In this document: positions 18,331 through 27,466 of the stretch, piece after piece
How the letters are laid out: each line of letters starts with the position of its first letter
Numbering within the stretch: position 1 is the first letter of the stretch
DNA from: a candidate division WOR-3 bacterium
GTDB taxonomy: Bacteria; Hydrothermota; Tepidihabitantia; Tepidihabitantales; Tepidihabitantaceae
Assembly: GCA_965649295.1 (NCBI GenBank)
Contig: CBFGKH010000002.1
Coordinates: 128,001-192,000 of the forward strand
DNA: 64,000 nt
Direction of reading: 5' to 3'
The notes under the pieces: generated by a model
What the model was told of the DNA's origin: nothing
Seen by the model: the letters and a program-made list of their open reading frames with translations, nothing else
Database searches by the model: none
Translations under genes and position numbers: made by a program

Positions 18331-18569
18331 CTACTTTATCGGCCACCTGGGAATGGCCTTGTCCACTTCCTCCATCAGGCGGATGGTGTTGCGGATGGCG
18401 ACGACCACACGCTGGTAGTGGCGAATGTCATCGTGGGACAACTTGCGGCCCTTGCGGTCTTTGAGCCACTTCGCTAGCACCTGATAGCCGCCGATATGGA
18501 ACTCCCATTCCTCGGGCCGGATGCCGGCGAAATACTGCTCGTCATTGATGTACACCCGGCCGCCATCCT
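18331..18569 (-). pseudogene. C-terminal fragment of a type ISP/IIG-like restriction-modification enzyme
   Basis: RVYINDEQYF...WEFHIGGYQVLAKWLKDRKGR...HYQRVV matches the LlaBIII-like C-terminus; rest of the gene is absent. Confidence 0.8.
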
Positions 18570-18757
18570 TGTCATCCTGAGCCGAACCAAGCATCTCGCT
18601 GCCGCGCTGAACGGGGTGCAGCATCCTACTATCACCTTGGCTGAGCGAAGCCCCTCCACTGTCACCCTGAGCGGAGCGAAGCGGAGTCGAAGGGTCTTCG
18701 CCGCCGCGGCTACGAAGATTCCTCGACTTCGCGCCGGACGCGTCGCTCGGAATGACA
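18570..18757. repeat. Composite REP-like palindromic element (TGTCAT...ATGACA ends)
   Basis: TGTCATCCTGAGC, GTCACCCTGAGCGGAGCGAAGCGGAGTCGAAGG, AGATTCCTCGACTTCG...CGCTCGGAATGACA. Confidence 0.8.
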
Positions 18758-18867
18758 GACAATCCTGGTTGTAGCACAACTTCAATTGCCGCGAACCGAG
18801 TTCGCTGCTGGGCGGTGTTGGGAAAGTTGAGAAAGGAGCCGGCAAGAGGCCGGCCTACGGAGCGCGA

Positions 18868-19629
18868 CTAGTGCGGGGGTGGAGAAAGCTCGGCTAGTAA
18901 CAGTTTCGTCGGACGGTCAGCGGCAATCGGCATTTCGGTGTACTCTTGGCCATCGAGCTGGCGGCCGTGCTGATGCCGGCGAGTGCCGCCCCACTGCTTG
19001 AAGTAGAACGCTGCACCGGCAGCTCTACACTGGCGGCGGATGTCGAGCACCCATTCGCGCCTCATCGGCCTTGCACCCGGGCCAGATTCGCCACCGACGA
19101 TCACCCAATCAATGCCGCGCAGGTCAAGATTGTCCATCGGTCCTAATAGCGGTTCGCAGGAAAGGAATCGCACTGCTGCTGGTACTTGCCGGAGCTCGTC
19201 AATCCGCCGGGACACGCGGGCATCTTCAACAGTTACGCCCATCCAGACATTGTCGGGCCAGGGCAGCAGTCGAGCCATCGCCAGCAGGCGTTTGCTGCGT
19301 TTGGTTAGTACCTGAAACCGGTGTTGGGGCGTGGCCCGCATCACGGCAAACACGCGTTTGATGAACTCGACCGGCACCGCCGGATGGAAGAGGTCGCCCA
19401 TCGAGCAGAGAAAGACCATGCGTGGCCGGCGCCAGGATTGGGGTAGCAGCAGTTCGTTTTCGTGCACAGTGACTTGGAAGCCGTTGCGGTACTTCGGCAT
19501 CCCCATTGATTGTAGTCGCAGTGCCATCCGCTCGGCATAACAGTGGTCACAACCGGCGCTGATGTGGGTGCAACCGGTGACCGGGTTCCAGGTCGCCTCA
19601 GTCCATTCGATTGAGGAATTGATGGCCAT
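18868..19629 (-). CDS. DUF5131 / phage Gp37-Gp68 family three-Cys (radical SAM-like) protein
   Basis: SSIEWTEATWNPVTGC-x6-C-x2-CYA, SMGDLFH, WVIVGGESG, FKQWGG. Confidence 0.93.
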   Translation of the reverse strand: MAINSSIEWTEATWNPVTGCTHISAGCDHCYAERMALRLQSMGMPKYRNGFQVTVHENELLLPQSWRRPRMVFLCSMGDLFHPAVPVEFIKRVFAVMRATPQHRFQVLTKRSKRLLAMARLLPWPDNVWMGVTVEDARVSRRIDELRQVPAAVRFLSCEPLLGPMDNLDLRGIDWVIVGGESGPGARPMRREWVLDIRRQCRAAGAAFYFKQWGGTRRHQHGRQLDGQEYTEMPIAADRPTKLLLAELSPPPH

Positions 19630-19631
19630 TG

Positions 19632-20513
19632 TTACATATTGAGTATATGTTCGGCGATTCGTAGCGCAATGTCGCCGCCTTTGTGCGGGTTGGCGGCAGC
19701 AAAACAGAGAAGAAATAGCGGAACATTGCGTGAATTGAAGAGCACACGCGGGTGTGGGGCGACTTTGGCGAAAACTGTCTCAAGGCGACGGACAAAGAAC
19801 TGGCCGATGGTGTCAAAGTCCGCCTGTTTCAGTTGACGCTCTTCGGGTCCGAATAGCGTCTCACTGGCTGTGCAGTGATAGAAGGCGTTGCGCCAGTCTT
19901 CAGTGCCAAATACTCGGGTGAGGTGGTCTGCCCAAGAATCTGGCGGCGGCCCATGTCGGGTCAATAGGCGGTTTACAGCGGAGAGGGGGAACAGCAACCA
20001 CAAATCTACTGCCTTCGTTTGTCCTAACGATGTGATAGTTTTCCAGTTCACTTCCATCGCATACGGATCGAGAAAGACTACGGCGCGATGATTCCGCCAG
20101 TCGGTCTGTGAGCAAAGAGTTGGTATTTGCACATTGGCATCGCCGGTCTTGATGACGATGTTGCGGCCCGGATATTTGGTGCTTAGGTCTTTGAGCTCGT
20201 TGACCTTCTGAGGGTCGATCTCGATGAATACGTAACGATCGAAGCCATGCTTCAGCGACAAGGCCAGTGATACGCTGCCCTCGAGAAACCTGACTGCGTC
20301 TGCGTCTTCGTGTTCGGGGAATAGGGGGAGTCCGGAATCTGTTTCTTGGCGACGTGTCCGATAACCAGTTCCGGCGAAGGCGTCCACATACATGGTAAAG
20401 AAGCGCCGCGCTCCGCTAGCTTTGCTAAAGATCTTGGTGTATTCCACTAAATAGCGTCTAAGTTTGTCGAGCTTGTTATCAGTCCAAGAGCCGCCAAATC
20501 TTTGTTCGATCAC
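19632..20513 (-). CDS. tcmP: Three-Cys-motif partner protein (SAM methyltransferase-like)
   Basis: FGGSWT..KL, YVDAFAGTG, FIEID, GDAN, FLDPY; adjacent to DUF5131; AT-richer than flanks. Confidence 0.9.
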   Translation of the reverse strand: MIEQRFGGSWTDNKLDKLRRYLVEYTKIFSKASGARRFFTMYVDAFAGTGYRTRRQETDSGLPLFPEHEDADAVRFLEGSVSLALSLKHGFDRYVFIEIDPQKVNELKDLSTKYPGRNIVIKTGDANVQIPTLCSQTDWRNHRAVVFLDPYAMEVNWKTITSLGQTKAVDLWLLFPLSAVNRLLTRHGPPPDSWADHLTRVFGTEDWRNAFYHCTASETLFGPEERQLKQADFDTIGQFFVRRLETVFAKVAPHPRVLFNSRNVPLFLLCFAAANPHKGGDIALRIAEHILNM

Positions 20514-20729
20514 TCTGTTCCGACCGAACCAAAGTTGGCTATTTGGGCAACTAGTCTGATGATGGGGACGGCCGCTATTCTCGCCATGGCGACAATATGC
20601 CTGAAGTCGGCGGTGGGTCAAGAGGGGCGCGGATAATGGCCCTGTCTGGCGGCTTGAGCAGGCTTGGTCGCGGCACTGCTGTCTGACCTTTGGTTGACGG
20701 GCTTGCGCGGGCTTCTATAATCACGCGTC

Positions 20730-23369
20730 ATGGCCCAAATGCACGATAGTGATTTTCCACCCCAGTATGACCCCAAACCGGTCGAATCGAAGTGGTACCG
20801 GTTCTGGGAGGAACGCGGCTTCTTTCGGGCGAATCCGGATTCGCCGAAGCCCAAGTTCTCAATTGTAATTCCGCCGCCGAACATCACCGGCTCGCTGCAT
20901 GTCGGTCACGCCCTGAATAATACGTTGCAGGATATTCAGATTCGGTTCAAGAAGTTGCAGGGTTATGAGACGCTCTGGCTGCCCGGGACCGATCACGCGA
21001 GTATCGGTACCCACACCCATCTTGACCGCCAGTTGGCGGCAGAGGGAACCGACCGATTCAAGCTCGGCCGCGAGGAGTTCCTGAAGCGGGCTTGGGCTTG
21101 GAAGGAGAAGTACGGCACGCGGATTATCGAGCAGCTCAAGCTCTTGGGCTGTGCCTGCGACTGGAGCCGGACCCGGTTTACGATGGATGAGATATGTTCG
21201 CGGGCAGTGCGCGAGGCGTTTGTCCGTTATTACGAGGACGGGCTGATTTATCGGGGCACGCGGATTGTGAACTGGTGTCCGCGTTGTCATACGGCGGTGT
21301 CAGACCTCGAAATCAAGCATCAGGAGGTGGCGAGCCACTGGTGGTACATTCGCTATCCGTTTGCCAATGACCCGAGCCGGTATGTGGTAGTGGCGACGAC
21401 CCGGCCGGAGACGATGCTTGGGGATACGGCCGTGGCGGTGAATCCGCAGGATGAGCGCTATCGCGGGCTGGTCGGGCAGAAGCTGGTGCTGCCGCTGGTG
21501 GGCCGCGAGATTCCGATTATTGCCGATGAGCTGGTGCTGGCTGAGTTTGGAACCGGAGCGGTGAAGGTGACGCCGGCGCATGATGCGGCCGACTTTGAGA
21601 TGGGCCGTAAGCACAACCTTGAGTTTATCACCGTGATTGACGACCGGGCCCGGATGACTGAAGCGGTGCCGGCCAAGTATCGGGGGCTTTCGCGTGAGGA
21701 GTGTCGCCGGCAGGTGGTTTCGGACCTTGAGGCGCAGGGACTATTGGAGAAGATTGAGCCGTATCGGTTGAGTGCGAGTAACTGCGAGCGGTGCGGGACG
21801 ACGGTTGAGCCGCTGCTCTCGGAGCAGTGGTTTGTCAGGATGCAGGAGCTGGCCCGGCCAGCGATTGAGGTTGTCGAGTCGGGCCGGGTGAAGTTCATTC
21901 CCGAACGTTGGACCAAGGTCTATCTCGATTGGATGTACAACGTCCGTGACTGGTGTATCTCGCGGCAGCTCTGGTGGGGGCATCGGATTCCGGTCTGGTA
22001 TTGTGACTGCGGCGAGGTGATTGTCAGCCGCACCGACCCGACTGCGTGTCCGAAGTGCGGTTCGCATAACCTGCGGCAGGATGAGGATATCCTCGATACC
22101 TGGTTCTCGTCAGCGCTCTGGCCGTTCTCGACGATGGGCTGGCCCGAGAAGACACCGGACCTGGCGCGGTTCTATCCGACCGACTTTCTGTCCACGGCAC
22201 CGGACATCATCTTCCTCTGGGTTGCCAGGATGATTTTCTCTGGCTTGCGGTTTGTGGGCGACATTCCTTTCTCGCGGGTCTATTTCCATTCGTTTATCCT
22301 CGTCGAGTCCGGCGAGCGGATGAGCCGGTCCAAGGGGGTGGGAATTGACCCGGTGGACATGTTCGAGAAGTATGGGACCGATGCGGTGCGGTTCACGCTG
22401 GCCTATCTGGAGAGCCAGTCGCAGAGCTACCGGCTGAGCGAGAAGCGGTTTGAGTTTGGCCGCAACTTCACGAACAAGGTCTGGAACGCAGCCCGGCTGG
22501 TGGCACCGCATCTGGCCGAGCCGGCTGCTGATCATCGTAAGGCAGAAGTCCCACTGCAGGCAACGGATAACTGGATAAGGGAGCGGTTCAATCTGACCCG
22601 GCGGAGTGTCACCGAGGGGCTGGAGCGGTGTAGTTATTCGCAGGTGGCAGCCGCGCTCTATGACTTCTTCTGGCATGACCTCTGTGACTGGTATCTGGAG
22701 TTCGCCAAGACCCGGCTGCGGAACGATGACCCGGCAGTGCGGCAGACACTCGCCGATGTGTTTCGCGGCACGCTGCAACTGCTCCATCCGTTCATGCCGT
22801 TCATCACTGAGGAGCTGTGGCAGCGGCTGGGATTCGGCCAGGCCGGTAGCGAGTCAATTATGCTCTCGCAGTGGCCGACAGAACTGCCGCTGGACCAGGT
22901 TGAGACTAGGCGGGTCGAGACCTTGCGCGAACTGATTGCGGCGGTGCGAAACATCCGGGCAGAGATGGCAGTGCCGGCCAAGGCGGTGGTTGAGTGCATT
23001 GTCAACACCCAGGATGAGGAGCTGGCGCGGTTTCTTGCGGCCCATGAGGAGCTGGCCCGAGACCTGGCAAAGGTGGCCGGACTTCGGTTTGGGCAAGAGC
23101 GGCCGGCCAAGTCGTCAGTGGCGGTGCTGGCCGGGCTGGAGGTCTATGTTCCACTGGCCGGCATCGTTGATGTCGAGAAGGAGATTGGCCGAATCAGGGC
23201 CGAGGTGGCGAATCTTGAACGACTGATTGCCAGCATTGATGCGAAGTTTGCCAATCCGGAGTTTGTGGCCCGGGCCAAGCCTGAGGTGGTCGAGAACGAA
23301 CGGCAGCGCCGGGCAGAGTTTGGGGCCAAGCTCGAACGACTGCAGCGGCAGCTTGCCGGGTGGAATTAG
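20730..23369 (+). CDS. valS: Valine--tRNA ligase
   Basis: PPPNITGSLHVGH, DWCISRQLWWGH, RMSRS (KMSKS variant), C-terminal coiled coil. Confidence 0.97.
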   Translation: MAQMHDSDFPPQYDPKPVESKWYRFWEERGFFRANPDSPKPKFSIVIPPPNITGSLHVGHALNNTLQDIQIRFKKLQGYETLWLPGTDHASIGTHTHLDRQLAAEGTDRFKLGREEFLKRAWAWKEKYGTRIIEQLKLLGCACDWSRTRFTMDEICSRAVREAFVRYYEDGLIYRGTRIVNWCPRCHTAVSDLEIKHQEVASHWWYIRYPFANDPSRYVVVATTRPETMLGDTAVAVNPQDERYRGLVGQKLVLPLVGREIPIIADELVLAEFGTGAVKVTPAHDAADFEMGRKHNLEFITVIDDRARMTEAVPAKYRGLSREECRRQVVSDLEAQGLLEKIEPYRLSASNCERCGTTVEPLLSEQWFVRMQELARPAIEVVESGRVKFIPERWTKVYLDWMYNVRDWCISRQLWWGHRIPVWYCDCGEVIVSRTDPTACPKCGSHNLRQDEDILDTWFSSALWPFSTMGWPEKTPDLARFYPTDFLSTAPDIIFLWVARMIFSGLRFVGDIPFSRVYFHSFILVESGERMSRSKGVGIDPVDMFEKYGTDAVRFTLAYLESQSQSYRLSEKRFEFGRNFTNKVWNAARLVAPHLAEPAADHRKAEVPLQATDNWIRERFNLTRRSVTEGLERCSYSQVAAALYDFFWHDLCDWYLEFAKTRLRNDDPAVRQTLADVFRGTLQLLHPFMPFITEELWQRLGFGQAGSESIMLSQWPTELPLDQVETRRVETLRELIAAVRNIRAEMAVPAKAVVECIVNTQDEELARFLAAHEELARDLAKVAGLRFGQERPAKSSVAVLAGLEVYVPLAGIVDVEKEIGRIRAEVANLERLIASIDAKFANPEFVARAKPEVVENERQRRAEFGAKLERLQRQLAGWN

Positions 23370-23435
23370 CGTGGGCAGGCGGGACTCAGGCAGAATCGAG
23401 AATTGCGAGTACCGAATGGGGAAGTGGGGAGCGGA

Positions 23436-23999
23436 GTGAAGGGGCTTATCAGCAGTGCTGGCTGGATTCTTCTGCTCTTGCTGGCCGCGGTCTTTCTGCT
23501 TTTCTATAACTTCGCCTATATTCCCCGGGCCGACCGCATCATCCGGCAGCAGAACGAGATTGCGATGTGGACCGACCAGGTGCGCGAGCTGACCGATAGC
23601 CTGGAGTTTGTGCGGCGGCTGAACGACACCCTGCTGCGGACGGCTTTCACTTTTGATGAGCTTTTCGGCGGTGCTGAGGAGCTGACAATCACGCCCCAGG
23701 GCGAGTCGGCCTTGCGGGCCTATATTCCTTCAATCCAGAGCCTGCCCGGCAGGATCGATGTCGTTGGTCACGCTGACAAGTCGGGTGTGCCGGTGCGACT
23801 GCGGCAGCAGTATCCGAGTAGCTGGGAGTATGCTGCGGCTCGGGCCGGTGCCGTGGCGCGGGCGCTGATTAGCTGGGGCGTGGCCCCGGAACGTATCTAT
23901 GTCGTGAGTGCTGGCGAGCTGCGGCCACCGGTTGATTCAAGCGGGCTGGTCGGAGCAGTGCCCAAGCGGCGCGTCGAGATAATCATTCGCAATCAGTAG
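23436..23999 (+). CDS. OmpA/MotB-family peptidoglycan-binding protein
   Basis: N-terminal TM, VVGHAD, ARAGAVARAL, RRVEI. Confidence 0.8.
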   Translation: MKGLISSAGWILLLLLAAVFLLFYNFAYIPRADRIIRQQNEIAMWTDQVRELTDSLEFVRRLNDTLLRTAFTFDELFGGAEELTITPQGESALRAYIPSIQSLPGRIDVVGHADKSGVPVRLRQQYPSSWEYAAARAGAVARALISWGVAPERIYVVSAGELRPPVDSSGLVGAVPKRRVEIIIRNQ

Positions 24000-24009
24000 G
24001 AGGTCTGTT

Positions 24010-24552
24010 TTGTCCGCAAGGCACGGCGTCGGCAGCGGGTGGCAGTTGCTGCTGCTCGGGCTGGCGGTCGCGGTGGCGCAGCCGGCCGGAGAGTTCTCGC
24101 CGGGGCCGGACAGTAGCCCTGGGCAAGATACCGCGGTTAGGAGTGAGTCGGTGGCGACGGCAAGAGCAAGTCGGCGCCAGAAGTCGCCGGGACGGGCAGT
24201 ACTGCTTTCGCTGCTACTGCCCGGCGGCGGGCAGGTCTATACCGGTGAGTGGTGGCGGGCCTTGGTGATCGCGCCGGCTGAGGTGGCGCTGGGGTTCTTC
24301 ACTTACCGGACACACTTGGCAGCGTCGGCGGCGCTGGGTCGCGGTGATTCAACTGACTATGTCAGACTGCGCGACCGTCGTACTGCCTTGTTTTGGTGGA
24401 CCGGTGCGGTTATCGTTTTCTCGATGGCTGATGCCTATGTCTCGGCCCAGCTATACGGGTTTGACCAGGAGATGCAGTTTGCTGGGCCAGTCCGTCGCCG
24501 GCTGCGCGCCCGCATCAGCCCGACTGGGCTGGGTTTTGAACTGGGGCTGTAG
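24010..24552 (+). CDS. DUF5683-like membrane protein
   Basis: KSPGRAVLLSLLLPGGGQVY, SMADAYVSA. Confidence 0.75.
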   Translation: MSARHGVGSGWQLLLLGLAVAVAQPAGEFSPGPDSSPGQDTAVRSESVATARASRRQKSPGRAVLLSLLLPGGGQVYTGEWWRALVIAPAEVALGFFTYRTHLAASAALGRGDSTDYVRLRDRRTALFWWTGAVIVFSMADAYVSAQLYGFDQEMQFAGPVRRRLRARISPTGLGFELGL

Positions 24553-25233
24553 GTGATAAACCTCTGTGCGGCAGTCGGCCGGTTCGAGATGGCCGAGCTA
24601 CTTGAGGCAGTGCGATCAGGCCCAGGCGGGGACGCCGAGCCCGGCAACTGGGGCATTGCCTACTGCTATGGCACAAGACTGGAGGCCCTGCGCTCGCCCC
24701 ACCCGCCCCAGCGCGACCCTGATTTTGACAAGCTGACCGAACTGCGAACCGATGTTGCCTGCCTTTGGGCCGAATCGGGGGTTGTGCACGGGGTTCGAGA
24801 GCTGCAGCCGTTTCTGCGGCGCGACAGCGGTCGGGTTTGGGCGTTCTGTCATTTCGGGCAGGTGCTGCGGCCAGGGCAGCTTGATGTCGGCGGCAGGATT
24901 GTTGATTCCCAGAGTCCAAGCGAGCGGCTGTTTCTTTATGTGCTGAACCGGCTTGACCAGGAACAGCCGATGGAGTCGGTGGCAGCGGCCCTGGGCGAGT
25001 TGGTCGGCGAGACAGCCCTTTCGTTCTGGTTGATGAGCACCGACCTGGTCTTGGTCGCATCGTGGCATGGTGACGAGACGCGGGACGGTGAGGGTGTGCT
25101 CTGGATGGGCAAGGCCGAACTCGTTCGCTATGTCACCAGTCGGCCACTGCCGAACGTGGCTGAGGTGAGCTGGGAGCGGCTGCCAGCCAAGACAGTCTTG
25201 GCAATTACCCGCGAACGGCGCGAACTTCCCTAG
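24553..25233 (+). CDS. Class II glutamine amidotransferase-like protein, divergent
   Basis: WGIAY, QPF, WAFCHFG, SPSE motifs. Confidence 0.55.
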   Translation: MINLCAAVGRFEMAELLEAVRSGPGGDAEPGNWGIAYCYGTRLEALRSPHPPQRDPDFDKLTELRTDVACLWAESGVVHGVRELQPFLRRDSGRVWAFCHFGQVLRPGQLDVGGRIVDSQSPSERLFLYVLNRLDQEQPMESVAAALGELVGETALSFWLMSTDLVLVASWHGDETRDGEGVLWMGKAELVRYVTSRPLPNVAEVSWERLPAKTVLAITRERRELP

Positions 25234-25285
25234 AAACAAAAACGCCGGCGTAGCCGGCAAAGGAGGAAGTCCGAATGCCGCCTGC

Positions 25286-26419
25286 CTAGCGGAAGGCCGG
25301 CTTGCCGCCTTTCTGCTGGGCAGCGGTACGGGCACCGTATTCGATCAGGTCGCGGAAGCCCTTGGGGTCAAAGGCCGAGGCGATGGCGGTTTCGTAGGTG
25401 ACCTTGCCAGCACGGTAGAGCTCGGCCAGATAGGCGTCGAAAGAGATGCTGCCTTCGGCAGTGCCGGTCTGAATGGCTGAGGGCAGGTGCTCGACCTTGC
25501 GCTCGCGGATGAGGTTACGAACCGCAGGGGTGGCAATCATTATCTCATAGCAGCCAACCCGGCCCTTGCCGCCAGCCTTGGGCAGTAGTCGCTGGGCAAA
25601 GACCGCGAGCAGTGATATCGAGAACTGGATGCGGATCTGGTCGCGGATTTCCGGCGGGAAGATGTCAATGAAGCGGGTGACGGTTTCGGGCGCGTTGGTG
25701 GTGTGCAGGGTGCCGATGACGAGGTGGCCGGATTCGGCGGCCCAGATCGTGGCTTCGGCAGTGGCCAGGTCGCGGATTTCGGCGACGAGGATGACATTCG
25801 GGTTCGACCGGAGGCCCTTCATGATTGCCTCGCGGAACGAGGAGACGTCGCTGCCGACCTCACGCTGGGTGACAATACCGTTCTTGTGGTCGTGGACGAA
25901 TTCGACCGGGTCTTCGATGGTGAGCACGTGGCGCGGGCTTTCGAGGATGTAGTCAACGAAGGTCGCCTGGGTGGTCGTCTTGCCCTGACCAGTCGGGCCG
26001 GTGACGAGAATCAGGCCGTGCGGCCGGTCGAGCAGGTTCTTGATGCGGGGAATCAGGTGCGACGAGACGAAGAGTTCCTCGAAGGAGAGAATCCGCCGCG
26101 GAATCAGTCGCAGAGCAAGACCGAAATAGCCTTTCTGCTTATAGACTGCGACCCGGAACCGGGCCATGTTGCGAAAGCTCATGGCAAAGTCACCACCACC
26201 GCCATTGTCAATCTGGGCGCGGAGGTGACGCAAGTCCTTGGTGCAGATGTTCTTGAAGCTTTCGGTCATTTCAGGGGTAAGGACAGGGCAGCCCGGAATT
26301 GGGCGCAAAAACCCATCGATCCGGAGCGTCGGCGGACGACCCACGGTCATGTGAAGGTCCGAGGCGTTAACCTTGATGCACTCGGCCATCAATGACTCGA
26401 AGAATTCTTCGTCAGTCAC
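25286..26419 (-). CDS. pilT: PilT/PilU family type IV pilus ATPase
   Basis: ASDLH, GPTGQGKTTT, TIEDPVEF, GHLVIGTLHT, AVRNLIRE. Confidence 0.9.
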   Translation of the reverse strand: MTDEEFFESLMAECIKVNASDLHMTVGRPPTLRIDGFLRPIPGCPVLTPEMTESFKNICTKDLRHLRAQIDNGGGGDFAMSFRNMARFRVAVYKQKGYFGLALRLIPRRILSFEELFVSSHLIPRIKNLLDRPHGLILVTGPTGQGKTTTQATFVDYILESPRHVLTIEDPVEFVHDHKNGIVTQREVGSDVSSFREAIMKGLRSNPNVILVAEIRDLATAEATIWAAESGHLVIGTLHTTNAPETVTRFIDIFPPEIRDQIRIQFSISLLAVFAQRLLPKAGGKGRVGCYEIMIATPAVRNLIRERKVEHLPSAIQTGTAEGSISFDAYLAELYRAGKVTYETAIASAFDPKGFRDLIEYGARTAAQQKGGKPAFR

Positions 26420-26482
26420 CTGTAGAAATTATAGGGGCAGGGCTATGACTGTCAAGGCAAGCAGTTCTAAGGGGATAGCGGT

Positions 26483-27466
26483 CTAGCTATTCGGGGGGCA
26501 GCCTTGGTAATAGACGATACCACGATGGACACGGCGGCAGAGTTCTTTTCTCCGTTCAAGCTGGGCCAGGGTCGAATCGAGTTCGGCAGGAGGGATGCTG
26601 GTAATTCCGCTGATTTCAGCAACAGTCACTGGTCGTGAATGACAGAGGGCGATTATCCGTTCGGTCAGCTCACTCGGGGCTGACTGCGCAGGCAGCGGCG
26701 GGCTGGCTTTTCTTGATTTGGGCAGGTCGGCGATAAGGGCATTGGGGCCGAAGAGGAGCCTAATCTGCTCTAGGTCGTCAGCGGACAGCGGTCGGGCCGA
26801 AGGTTCGGCCGGCGGCCGGACAACGGTGTTCAGGTGGACAAGGTCAGGGTTGATCTCGGCAACGGCGTGACGGAGCTGGACCAAGTGTTCGGGTGAGTCA
26901 TTAGTGTCCTTGCAGAGCATTATCTCGAGCCAGATGCGGCCTGAGTAGCGCTTTCGGAACTTCACCAGCCCAGTGATGATGTCAGCGACCCGCAGGGAAC
27001 GATGGCCGCGGTCAATGCGCCAAAAGACGCGTTGGTCAGCAGCGTCGAGCGAGGGGACAACGAGGTCGGCAGCAGCCAGCTCGCGCCGGACGCGGCCATC
27101 GGTGAGCAGGGTTGAGTTGGTGATAACTGCGACCGGAATCGAGAACTCCGCCTTCAGGCGGCGGATGAGGCGGCCGATGTCGGCATTGAGGGTCGGCTCG
27201 CCTTCGCCGGAGAAGGTGAGATAATCAATCCGCGGTGTCCGGGCAACTGCGGCCCGAACCGCGGCAATGATGTCGGCAATCGGGTAGAACGATTGGCGTT
27301 CAAGTGTTTTGCGGGTCGTGCGGCCGCACTGGCAGTAGATGCAGTCGAGGGTGCAGGTCTTGCGGGGGATGATGTTGATGCCGAGCGAATACCCCAACCG
27401 GCGCGAGCGCACCGGGCCATAGGTGAACGAGTGTTTCTGACCGAAGAGATGGGAGAGGAATGCCAT
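26483..27466 (-). CDS. Radical SAM protein (TYW1-like)
   Basis: YGPVRSRRLG, CTLDCIYC, GEGEPTL. Confidence 0.88.
   Translation of the reverse strand: MAFLSHLFGQKHSFTYGPVRSRRLGYSLGINIIPRKTCTLDCIYCQCGRTTRKTLERQSFYPIADIIAAVRAAVARTPRIDYLTFSGEGEPTLNADIGRLIRRLKAEFSIPVAVITNSTLLTDGRVRRELAAADLVVPSLDAADQRVFWRIDRGHRSLRVADIITGLVKFRKRYSGRIWLEIMLCKDTNDSPEHLVQLRHAVAEINPDLVHLNTVVRPPAEPSARPLSADDLEQIRLLFGPNALIADLPKSRKASPPLPAQSAPSELTERIIALCHSRPVTVAEISGITSIPPAELDSTLAQLERRKELCRRVHRGIVYYQGCPPNS

Noticed and set aside
18868..19629. Prophage, suggested by the Gp37/Gp68 family name
   Set aside because: No other phage genes nearby
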